Of a stretch of 24,260 bases of DNA, positions 9,355 through 17,420 are shown piece by piece. The translations under genes and the position numbers were made by a program. Origin of the DNA: Candidatus Latescibacterota bacterium (GTDB taxonomy: Bacteria; Latescibacterota; UBA2968; UBA8231). The notes beneath the pieces were generated by a model that saw only the letters and a list, made by a program, of their open reading frames with translations, ran no database searches and had not been told where the DNA came from. The stretch is taken from contig CBDETK010000010.1 in NCBI GenBank assembly GCA_965242865.1, forward strand, positions 1-24,260, written 5' to 3'. The number at the start of each line of letters is the position of its first letter. Positions within the stretch are counted from its first letter, which is position 1.

Positions 9355-9615
9355 GCCACCGTCTCCCGGTTGGTCAGTCGCTGCGGTCAAGCCGGTTTAG
9401 CCCTACAGCGGCGGTGGATCTGCCATTTGGCACCCCGGCGTTGCTTCGATACCTACACCAGCCCGCGCCCGGCGCTGTGCCCGCAGTCGGCAGATTCGCT
9501 CCTCGGTCTTCGCGTCGACGTGCCGAGGCGACCGGCGCGGCTGCGAGTCGCGGTCTACCAGACCGGCCTCGCCGTGCTCGTGCCACTGCCGCCACCACTT
9601 GGTGACGGTGCCCCC
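9355..9615 (-). pseudogene. Decayed IS481-family transposase N-terminal fragment
   Basis: TVTKWWRQWHEHGEAGLVDRDSQPRRSPRH...EERICRLR, continuing in another frame as GLNRL. Frameshifted, with no DDE core. Confidence 0.7.
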
Positions 9616-9625
9616 GCTCCAGCAT

Positions 9626-9654
9626 TTGCAAAACTTTGTGCTACCAACTAACAT
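9626..9654 (+). promoter_or_regulatory. Putative sigma70-type promoter of the 9675-12159 operon
   Basis: TTGCAA-17 nt-TAACAT, ending 20 nt before ATG 9675. Confidence 0.5.
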
Positions 9655-9674
9655 CACCGGATCGTTAGACGACC

Positions 9675-10325
9675 ATGGCCAGGGACATCATGCCGCACTC
9701 ATCCATAACTGCTCAAAAGCTTGCACGCAACGTCTGTAATGATATTGGGCTACCTATAAATGTTCGTCGAGAGGCAAGGCGCTTGCTTCGATTAGTAGGG
9801 CAACAACCTGACCGTGTGATAGATCAGCTTAATTTACTCCGAGTACAGGTTACTCCAGAGCTTACTACAGAACTTGCTACGATCCCGTATGCGCGGTGTG
9901 TTTCAATTGAATTATTTTATAAGTATCATCTAAATCCCGGCATATATGATATCTTCAAAATCCCCTCGGATTATCGAGACTTCATTAGTAGCATAAACAA
10001 TCCTGCTGCCCAATTACTTGGTGATCTGAGAGAAGGCACCCTTATACCAGCCGAGCATTCTTGGCTTGTACCATACAGTTATATTCAAAGTTTAATGGCA
10101 ATCCAAATCATGACACAACTTAAATTTAATCAAGCTCCGCCATATGTAGTTATGGTTTTCACGGTGGATAGCCTTCTCAGAGCCGGAATTAAGATTAGAG
10201 AACCGCGAGGAACTGACACTATTCCTAGTGTGCTTACAGAATGGTTTCCAAATAACGTGAAGGGCGAGCGTATTAATTCAGATATACCACGCGCGGCTCT
10301 TGAAGATATTGAGTGGCGGATATGA
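9675..10325 (+). CDS. Hypothetical protein (216 aa)
   Basis: ATG-started ORF in AT-rich DNA; its stop overlaps the next ATG (ATGA, 10322-10325). Confidence 0.75.
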   Translation: MARDIMPHSSITAQKLARNVCNDIGLPINVRREARRLLRLVGQQPDRVIDQLNLLRVQVTPELTTELATIPYARCVSIELFYKYHLNPGIYDIFKIPSDYRDFISSINNPAAQLLGDLREGTLIPAEHSWLVPYSYIQSLMAIQIMTQLKFNQAPPYVVMVFTVDSLLRAGIKIREPRGTDTIPSVLTEWFPNNVKGERINSDIPRAALEDIEWRI

Positions 10326-11773
10326 ACCGGCCATCTATAGGAGCGTATGCATCCGTATTCGAAGCCATACGACGCTATCGTCCTCATCAAGACTCACTTC
10401 ACGATGTTCTTAAGAACTTCGTTGATGGAATTGATGATAAAGAAGCAAGCGTGCTTCCTAAATCAGTGGTTGATATTATGCCACTACTAAAATCGGATAT
10501 TAATCGGTTGCGATTTGCAGCAGATCTTCTCGCAAGATTAGACCTATACGAATCAACTGGAGCATTATTCACTGTGGCGGTACAAACCCGTGATCGTCGA
10601 TTGATGTTGGCAGCCGCTTCTTTAGCTGGCAATCCAGCAGTTGATTCGTCACTACGAGATAGAATAAAGTCGTACGCAGGTGATGATCGAATGGTGATGA
10701 TAAGATTGTCACCAGATGTAGTTCCATCTACTCAGCACGAAAAGATGCTATATTTGCAATGTTGGCCCGGTGAGCGCACGGCGGATATGCCGTTGCAGTT
10801 TGCCCCTGTTGTGGTTTTGGATGTTAGCCTTCCACCAGCTAATTCGCTGAAACTTGCTGCAATGTTAGAAGGCGCTGGAGCGGCCGTTAGAAGATTGGAT
10901 ACTTCTGCTCCCTTGCCATATTGGTTTGGTTACCAGACAGCTTTAGTGTGTAAGCCCAAAAATGCAGATACTGTTCGTTCAAAATATCCTCAGCTTGCTC
11001 CAGATCGGGTTTTCACTGAAGCGTTACCTTCTCAATCGGGTAAGCTAATCCAACGGATGGCAGGGATATATAGCTCCATTCCAAGAGTCAAACAAAGAGA
11101 ATATAAGCGTGTTCTAGATGAGGTCTCAACATACGTGTGGAGCACTGCTAATTATTCTCTTGGCGTCTACGGTACAACTGAGATCCGATATCTGACAGGG
11201 GCCTCGCTGTATCTACTGAAGAAACTGGTTAAAAATGGTTACCTCAAGCCTAAAATATACAAGCAAAGTAGGTACTGTAGATTCGCTGATATTGTGGCAG
11301 TGAGATCCTTCGTTCATTTAAAGAACTTATCTCCAAAGCGTGTACCTGTTGGGATTGTACCGAAACTTGCTGAGTTTCCAGGCAATGATCAGGCAATAAA
11401 TATTGGTGTAACATCTCAAGGAAATGTTTTGTTTGATAAAGGAGAAGGGTGGGTAGATGCTAATACAGGGCAGTCAATTTTTGGACTAGATATTACGAGT
11501 CTGGATAATGTATTCGAACCATTTAAATTAGGTGGTGGACACATGCCTGAATTTGAAGTGCCTGGACTCCTCAATGTTAGTTCAAATACTTGCCTACATC
11601 CTTCAGTCATGAATGGCCTGCCGTACTTACGAAATCATCGGATAAAAGCCACTACACTGGCTGCTATGGAAGAGAGGGGTGGGATTGAGAACATTTATGC
11701 TTCTTATCCAGAACTAAAGGATACTGCATTGGAAGATGCGATCGAAGTCGGCAAGAAACTCATGTACATGTAA
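10322..11773 (+). CDS. Extended antitoxin-like protein: unknown N-terminal region, MerR-like HTH and C-terminal DUF433
   Basis: YGTTEIRYLTGAS...LVKNGYLKP...YCRFADIVAVR (MerR-like HTH); LHPSVMNGLPYLRNHRIK...IYASYPEL...LEDAI (DUF433 pattern). Confidence 0.75.
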   Translation: MNRPSIGAYASVFEAIRRYRPHQDSLHDVLKNFVDGIDDKEASVLPKSVVDIMPLLKSDINRLRFAADLLARLDLYESTGALFTVAVQTRDRRLMLAAASLAGNPAVDSSLRDRIKSYAGDDRMVMIRLSPDVVPSTQHEKMLYLQCWPGERTADMPLQFAPVVVLDVSLPPANSLKLAAMLEGAGAAVRRLDTSAPLPYWFGYQTALVCKPKNADTVRSKYPQLAPDRVFTEALPSQSGKLIQRMAGIYSSIPRVKQREYKRVLDEVSTYVWSTANYSLGVYGTTEIRYLTGASLYLLKKLVKNGYLKPKIYKQSRYCRFADIVAVRSFVHLKNLSPKRVPVGIVPKLAEFPGNDQAINIGVTSQGNVLFDKGEGWVDANTGQSIFGLDITSLDNVFEPFKLGGGHMPEFEVPGLLNVSSNTCLHPSVMNGLPYLRNHRIKATTLAAMEERGGIENIYASYPELKDTALEDAIEVGKKLMYM

Positions 11774-11790
11774 AGGGTTGGTGATGGCTT

Positions 11791-12159
11791 ATGCGAATTC
11801 TGCTAGACACCGAGTTCCCATCCTCAACGGAATATGAGGCTCCTCCTGAGGTTGAACTCATAAGACATAGTGGTCAGCAGATAGAAGACGGAGTTCTAGT
11901 TGACAAGGCATTAGATTATAAGGTACAGGCTATTGCAGTTTTATCTCACAAATCATTGCATCAGACTATTCTGAGAGAAAAATGCCAAGAACACGCTATA
12001 ACACTCATTGTTGTTGACACACCTGATCCGCTGGAAGCTAAGATTAGATTCCTTCATCATATTCATAAAATTCGATCCGAATTATTGGCGAATAGTTCAT
12101 CTATATTACTTGTTCTCAAATCTGAAGTCCGTTCAATCGATAAGGCAAGCTTAGTCTAG
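11791..12159 (+). CDS. PIN-like protein (DUF5615/VapC45-like), putative toxin partner of the DUF433 gene
   Basis: Starts MRILLDTEFP, has IEDGVLV, 122 aa, and lies 17 nt after a DUF433 gene (the established DUF433-PIN arrangement). Confidence 0.7.
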   Translation: MRILLDTEFPSSTEYEAPPEVELIRHSGQQIEDGVLVDKALDYKVQAIAVLSHKSLHQTILREKCQEHAITLIVVDTPDPLEAKIRFLHHIHKIRSELLANSSSILLVLKSEVRSIDKASLV

Positions 12160-12211
12160 ATCCGGTATCATGTAGCCGGAGCTTGTAACGTTATAGCTTT
12201 GGGTTGATTGT

Positions 12212-12397
12212 CTATGTTTCGTTATCGGATGACGACTCGTCGGTATTATCTTCTGCATCATTCTGGGCAGGATGATAGCCCAGCAGCCACGATTCCGGTA
12301 CATTGAGCTTGTCGGGAGGTTTCCAGTCTGGTGATCTCATATTAGATCCGCGCACCCGCTCAGTGGGCACTCTCGAACGATTAAAAAGACCGGCCAT
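12212..12397 (-). CDS. Possible small protein (61 aa) with an acidic tail
   Basis: ATG shortly after a -10-like GATAAT on the minus strand; no family recognised. Confidence 0.3.
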   Translation of the reverse strand: MAGLFNRSRVPTERVRGSNMRSPDWKPPDKLNVPESWLLGYHPAQNDAEDNTDESSSDNET

Positions 12398-12512
12398 CGC
12401 GCCATTATCTCACAGTCTGCCGTGCCGCGCGCTGCCGGGCCGCTGTGTTTGGCTCCTCACAGCCGTCGTTGGCGTCGTTGCCAGGAGGTCCCCACCAGGG
12501 CATGATTAGAGG

Positions 12513-13607
12513 CTAGTGGTCCGTCGTTGATATAGCTTCTAGGGTGGCTTTGCCTCGTTGGACGTTGGCGATGATGTCGTCGGCGGGTTTGGTCCAGACG
12601 AGGGGTTTGGGGTCCTGGTTCCAGTTGTGGGCCCAGGTGTCGATGGTTTCGGTGAGGTCGGCTAGGGAGCTGAAGCTGTTTTGGGCGAGGGCTTTGCGGG
12701 TGAGGATGGAGAACCAGGCTTCGACGAGGTTGAGCCACGACGCCGAGGTGGGGGTGAAGTGCAGGTGCCAGCGCTTGCGCCTCGGGTGCGCGAGCCAGGT
12801 CCGCACCGGCTCGGATTTGTGGGCTGAGAGGTTGTCGAGCACGATGTGGACGTCGAGTTCTCGGGGGGTGTGCAGGTCGATCCATTTGAAGAAGGCCAAC
12901 ACGTCGCGGCCGGTGTGGCGTTTGCGGGTCTGGTGAAGGACCTCGCCGGTGGCGACGTCGAGCGCGGCGAACAGGTCGGTGGTGCCGTGGCGGCGGTAGT
13001 CGTGGGTCATCGTTTGGGCCCGGCCGGGTTTGATGGGCAGCGAGGGCTGGGTGCGGTCGATGGCCTGGCACTGGGTCTTCTCGTCGAAGCTGAACACGAC
13101 CGCACGCTCCGGGGGGTCCACGTAAAGGCCCACCACGTCGGCCAGTTTGGCCTCGAAGTCGGGGTCGGTGGACAGCTTGAACGTGTCGGTGCGCCACGGG
13201 CGCAGACCCCTCTCGTTCCAGATGCGCTGCACGGTGTCTTTGCCGACCCCGTGGCGGGCGGCCATCGTGCGCGTCGACCACCTCGCGGAGCCGTCGTCGG
13301 GCACGGTGTGCAGCGTGTCATGCACGATCGCCGCCTCCTGCTCGGCGGTGATCTGGCGTTTGCGGCCCCGGCCCGGCGCCACCACCCCCACCCCGGCTGG
13401 ACCCGCTTCGGCGAACCGGGTGCGCCAAAGCCGCACCGTGGCGTCACTGGTGCCGAGCGCCTTGGCCGTCGACCGCACCGAGGCCCCGTCGGCCAAAGCC
13501 AACAAGCCCTTGGCAGCTATCACCCGCCGATAAGGCTCAACCCCGGACCGGGCCAGACGCTCCAGCTCCTCGCGATCCTCAGCCGACATTTCCGTTATGG
13601 CAGTCAT
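12513..13607 (-). CDS. IS630-family transposase
   Basis: WSTRTMA, FKLSTDPDF, VFSFDEK, THDYRRHGT, IVLDNLSAHK, FTPTSASWLNLVEAWF. Confidence 0.95.
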   Translation of the reverse strand: MTAITEMSAEDREELERLARSGVEPYRRVIAAKGLLALADGASVRSTAKALGTSDATVRLWRTRFAEAGPAGVGVVAPGRGRKRQITAEQEAAIVHDTLHTVPDDGSARWSTRTMAARHGVGKDTVQRIWNERGLRPWRTDTFKLSTDPDFEAKLADVVGLYVDPPERAVVFSFDEKTQCQAIDRTQPSLPIKPGRAQTMTHDYRRHGTTDLFAALDVATGEVLHQTRKRHTGRDVLAFFKWIDLHTPRELDVHIVLDNLSAHKSEPVRTWLAHPRRKRWHLHFTPTSASWLNLVEAWFSILTRKALAQNSFSSLADLTETIDTWAHNWNQDPKPLVWTKPADDIIANVQRGKATLEAISTTDH

Positions 13608-13650
13608 GCCGCCATGTTACACTATAGAAGTTATTTCAACGACATACCAC
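12516..13650 (-). mobile_element. IS630-family insertion sequence, 1135 bp, complete
   Basis: Imperfect IRs gtggtccgtcgttgatatagcttcta and tagaagttatttcaacgacataccac (4 mismatches in 26); TA duplication at 12514-12515 and 13651-13652 in a CTAG site. Confidence 0.92.
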
Positions 13651-13685
13651 TAGCGTTGGACGAGAAAGGACAGGAGGTAGCAGAG

Positions 13686-14456
13686 ATGGGTTTAGAAACC
13701 AGTGAAAAATCGGCCGATCGCTCGGACGGTGTCGAGCTGATCGACTTTCAGATGCCGTCGTTGGCAGATGATGACCTGCTCGACGACGAACTCCTCGAGT
13801 ATGCCCTCGGAGAGAGCGACCCCGCCTCTGTTGCCGCCGCCGAGGCCCATCTCGCTGACTGCTTGTTCTGCCGTGTACGCCTCAACCGGATCAAGATTGA
13901 GGATCCGCGTCTTGAGCCGCCGGCCTTCGCCGTGTCGCCCTTGCCGGTTTCAGAGGAGGCCCTCAAGCTCCTCGCTGCCGACCCGCCAGCCTGCGTCGAA
14001 TCCGGCCAGGTCTGGTACGCCCGGGGCGAGCACGAGCAGCTCATGGTGTGGGTCAGCCACGAACCCCCCGGTTTCGATGCGGTCATGGCCCACCCCGTAA
14101 CGCTCAACATCGACGCCGTCGACCACAGCGCTCTGATCGAGGAACTTCCGAAGATCGGGCCCGTGGCAGTTTCTTCCTCCATAGTCGGCCTAGTGCTCAA
14201 GTCCAAACTTGTGGCCCATCTGGGCGATCTGGACATCGCATCAGACCTCTGGCGGCTCTTCAACCGAGCCCGCCCCGACCTTGAAACCGGTCTCCGCACC
14301 GGGCGCCCGATCACCGACCCCAACGACGAGCGGCACGAGTTCGATCAGTTCCTCATCGACCAGATGGCAGACCTATACCCGATCATCGAGCCCCCCGACG
14401 AGGAAAACGACAGCCCCGTCCTCGCCGGAGCCCCAGAGCGTCCAAGGACCAGGTAA
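13686..14456 (+). CDS. Array paralog P1 (256 aa): zf-HC2/ZAS zinc domain plus PemK-like domain
   Basis: AGGAGG RBS before ATG 13686; EAHLADCLFC, GQVWYA, AHPVT, LGDLDI, LRTGRPITDPNDER. The upstream extension in the ORF track lies inside IS630. Confidence 0.85.
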   Translation: MGLETSEKSADRSDGVELIDFQMPSLADDDLLDDELLEYALGESDPASVAAAEAHLADCLFCRVRLNRIKIEDPRLEPPAFAVSPLPVSEEALKLLAADPPACVESGQVWYARGEHEQLMVWVSHEPPGFDAVMAHPVTLNIDAVDHSALIEELPKIGPVAVSSSIVGLVLKSKLVAHLGDLDIASDLWRLFNRARPDLETGLRTGRPITDPNDERHEFDQFLIDQMADLYPIIEPPDEENDSPVLAGAPERPRTR

Positions 14457-14490
14457 GCCTTTAGACGAGAGGGGACAGGAGGTAGCAGAG

Positions 14491-15265
14491 ATGGTTTTGG
14501 AAATCAGTGAAAAGTCGGCCGACCACTCGGACGGTGTCGAGCCGATTGACTTTCGGATGCCGTCGTTGGCAGATGACGACCTGCTCGATGACGAACTCCT
14601 CGAGTACGCCCTCGGGAAGAGCGACCCCGCCTCCGCTGCCGCCGCCGAGGCCCATCTCGCTGACTGCTTGTTCTGCCGTATAGGCCTCAACCGGCTCAAG
14701 ATTCAAGATCCGCGCCTTGAGCCGCCGGCCTTCGCCGTGTCGGCTCCGCCGGTTTCAGAGGAGGCCCTCAAGCTCCTCGCCGCCGACCCCGCCGGCCTGC
14801 GTCGAATCCGACCAGGTCTGGTACGCCCGGAGCGAAGACGCGCAGATCATGGTGTGGGTCAGCCACGAACCGCTCGGTTTTTTTGGTACGGTCATGGCTC
14901 ATCCCGTAACGGTCAACATCGACGCCGTCGACCACAGCGCGCTGATCGTGGATCTGCCGAAGATCGGGCCGGTGGCAGTCTTCTCCGCCATAATCGGCTT
15001 GGTGCCCAAGTCCAAACTCTTGGCCCATCTGGGCGATCTGGACATCGCATCAGACCTCTGGCGGCTCTACAACGGAACCCGGCCCGACCCTGAAACCGGT
15101 CTCCGCACCGGGCGCCGGATCACCGACCCCAACGACGAGCGGATCGAGTTCATCCAGTTCCTCGCCGACCAACTCGCAGACCTATACCCGATCATCGAAC
15201 ACACCGACGAGGAAGACGACAGCCCCATCCTCGCCAGAGCTCCCGGAGACCAGGTGAGCCCTTGA
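14491..15265 (+). pseudogene. Array paralog P2, tandem copy of P1 with a +1 frameshift at C4 14787-14790
   Basis: Same RBS and start context as P1. gacCCCgccggcctgc here vs gacCCgccagcctgc in P1; both halves align with P1. Confidence 0.8.
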
Positions 15266-15320
15266 TCGCCAACAGGTGCCAGATCGCCGTCCCGGAGCCA
15301 GGCCAGATCAGCGCCCAAGA

Positions 15321-15375
15321 CGGCGACCAATCCCGGAGCCCAGTAAGACCCTGATCGTAGGCAGGCACCGGATCG
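15321..15375 (+). repeat. Orphan copy of the P4 3' end and downstream sequence (18858-18912)
   Basis: cggcgaccaatcccggagcccagtaagaccctgatcgtaggcaggcaccggatcg aligns without gaps; 9 mismatches in 55. Confidence 0.8.
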
Positions 15376-15393
15376 ACCGGACGGTTGCGCACG

Positions 15394-15422
15394 TTGCGTC
15401 GCGCCAGTAAACCTAGTAACAT
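15394..15422 (+). promoter_or_regulatory. Putative promoter of MazF-like gene 1
   Basis: TTGCGT-17 nt-TAACAT, overlapped by the imperfect dyad AACATCA-N7-TGAAGTT. Confidence 0.45.
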
Positions 15423-15537
15423 CAAATTCACTGAAGTTGCTTCCCCCCGGCTGTTGCGTCTGTTGGTCGTCACGGACGTCGCGCCCGCGTTCGCTTCTTG
15501 AACGTATGAGCGAGAAACGGCGGCCAGTGACCGAGGG

Positions 15538-15882
15538 GTGCCGACCTTGGCGCGAAAGCCGTACCTGCCGAACCCAGGCGATGTCTACTGGGTGGAAGCT
15601 GTGGTTTTCTACGACTATGACCCGAAACCGCGTCGGCCTGTCCTCGTCATCGGTGTCCTTCGACCGACATCTGAAGGCATAGTCGTCGTCACCCGCACCA
15701 CCGATCTCGCCCCAAATGGCGTGTACTCCGCCGCCGACCCAAGCCTTGGTTTGAACAAGCCCGGGGTGTGGGTCTACAAAAAATACGCCAGGTCGTCTCT
15801 GTGGATGTTCCCGCTGGTCAAACGGCGTGGTGCTGTCAGTGTTGCCGAGTTGGAGACGGTCAAAGCGAGGTTCAGTCTATGA
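15538..15882 (+). CDS. MazF/PemK-like protein 1 (putative endoribonuclease toxin)
   Basis: PGDVYWV...RRPVLVI...VVVTRTT...GLNKPG, 114 aa. The start may be TTG 15547. Confidence 0.75.
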   Translation: MPTLARKPYLPNPGDVYWVEAVVFYDYDPKPRRPVLVIGVLRPTSEGIVVVTRTTDLAPNGVYSAADPSLGLNKPGVWVYKKYARSSLWMFPLVKRRGAVSVAELETVKARFSL

Positions 15883-15956
15883 CCTTGCCCAAAAAGAAGA
15901 GGATATAATGAAAATTCTCAGGTCAGAGCCGGAAGAGTGGGGAAACGGGAGGTGTC

Positions 15957-17420
15957 GTGATGGTTCAGGGAGTCTGTGAGGAGTTGCAAAGTGGGCCGGA
16001 CGAGGTCGAGCAGTTGGAGGTCCAGCCGTATGTGATGCGCAAGGGGCCCTACCACCCGTCCGATGCCGACCTCCTCGAGAACGCCCTCGGAGAACACGAC
16101 ACCGCCAGCGGGTTGGATATCGAAGGCCATCTGACTGATTGCCTGTACTGCCGTGTACGCCTCGACCGGATCAAGATCATCGACTCTCGCCTCGAACCGC
16201 CCGCTTACGCCGTGCCGTCTCGGCCGGTTTCGGACGAAACGCTCGAACTACTGGCGGCCAACCCACTGCCCAAGGTCGAAGCGGGCCAGGTCTGGCTCGC
16301 CCAAGGCGATCGCGGACAGCTCATGGTGTGGATCGGGCGGCTTCGCTCCGACGCCGGCGCGGCCTTGGTTCGTCCGGTCACCCCCAACATCGACGCCGTC
16401 GACGACAGCGCGCTGATCGTGGAACTGCCCAACGTCGGCCCGGTGGGGGTCTTCTCCTCTCTGGTCGGCTCGGTTGACGTCTCCAGGCTTGTAGCCCACT
16501 TGGGCGACTTGGACATCGCGTCAGACCTCCAGCGGATCGCCGACGCGCCGCCAACCGACGCCCGCACGGGTCTCAAGACCGGCCGCCCCATCACCGGCCC
16601 CGGCGACGAGCGGCACGAGTTCTATGAGTCCCTCATGTATCAGCTCGACAACCTTGACCCGATAATCGAGTCCGCCGACGAGGACGACGACATGTTGGCC
16701 GACGGTTGGGAGCCCGGCCTAGTGTACACGATCCCCGGGCCCTGCCACCTCCGCCATCCGTCCGAGCCCGATCTGCTGGGGTGCGCCCTAGACGAACTCG
16801 ACGGCCCCGCCGGGGCAGATGTGCAGGCTCATTTGGCTGACTGTCTGTTCTGCCGGATACGCGTCAACCGGATGAGGCGTTGTGACCCGCGCCTTGAAAC
16901 GCCCCGCTATGCGCCGACCCGGCCGCATATCCCAGAGGAGATCCTGGGGCCCTTGGCCGCCGACTCGCCTGCCGATGTCAAACCCGGCCAGGTCTGGCTG
17001 GCCGGCCCGCCCGGGTGCGAACAGGTAATGGTGTGGGTCAGGGGCGTCTTCCCTCATGCGATCATGGTTCACGCGGTCACGTCCGACATCGACTTCGTCG
17101 AGGAGTTCTCCCTGATCGCGGACCTGCCGGCCATCGGCCGCCCGGTGGCGGTCGTCTCCTCGGTCTCCAACGCCGTGCCCAGAGAAACCCTTGTAGCCAA
17201 TCTCGGCGACTTCGACATCAAGTCCGACATCCGGGAAGCCCGTGAGGCGGCGTTGAGCCGAAATGCGACCGCTCTGCGCACCGGTCGCCCGATCACCGAC
17301 CCCGCCGATGTGCGGAACGAGTTCCTGCACATGCTGGCCGACGACCTCGCCGCCCTCGACCAGCAAAGCGACGCCTCTCGGGTTGAGGCTCGTGTGGGAC
17401 GGAAACAGGGGGTGTCGTGA
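15957..17420 (+). CDS. Array paralog P3 (487 aa) with two tandem ZAS plus PemK-like modules
   Basis: GGGAGG RBS; HPSDADLL...HLTDCLYC and HPSEPDLL...HLADCLFC; GQVWLA and TGRPIT each occur twice; TATAAT at 15904-15909. Confidence 0.88.
   Translation: MMVQGVCEELQSGPDEVEQLEVQPYVMRKGPYHPSDADLLENALGEHDTASGLDIEGHLTDCLYCRVRLDRIKIIDSRLEPPAYAVPSRPVSDETLELLAANPLPKVEAGQVWLAQGDRGQLMVWIGRLRSDAGAALVRPVTPNIDAVDDSALIVELPNVGPVGVFSSLVGSVDVSRLVAHLGDLDIASDLQRIADAPPTDARTGLKTGRPITGPGDERHEFYESLMYQLDNLDPIIESADEDDDMLADGWEPGLVYTIPGPCHLRHPSEPDLLGCALDELDGPAGADVQAHLADCLFCRIRVNRMRRCDPRLETPRYAPTRPHIPEEILGPLAADSPADVKPGQVWLAGPPGCEQVMVWVRGVFPHAIMVHAVTSDIDFVEEFSLIADLPAIGRPVAVVSSVSNAVPRETLVANLGDFDIKSDIREAREAALSRNATALRTGRPITDPADVRNEFLHMLADDLAALDQQSDASRVEARVGRKQGVS

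Noticed and set aside
12303-12509. Plus-strand ORF with FQSGDLILDP...LKRPAIAP, reminiscent of a MazF start upstream of P1
   Set aside because: It does not resemble the two local MazF-like genes beyond a few residues, has a TTG start without an RBS, and overlaps an equally plausible minus-strand ORF. A profile search would be needed.
12846-13685. 536-aa ORF suggesting a long N-terminal extension of P1
   Set aside because: The extension is the antisense frame of the IS630 transposase. The RBS and paralog alignment place the start at 13686.
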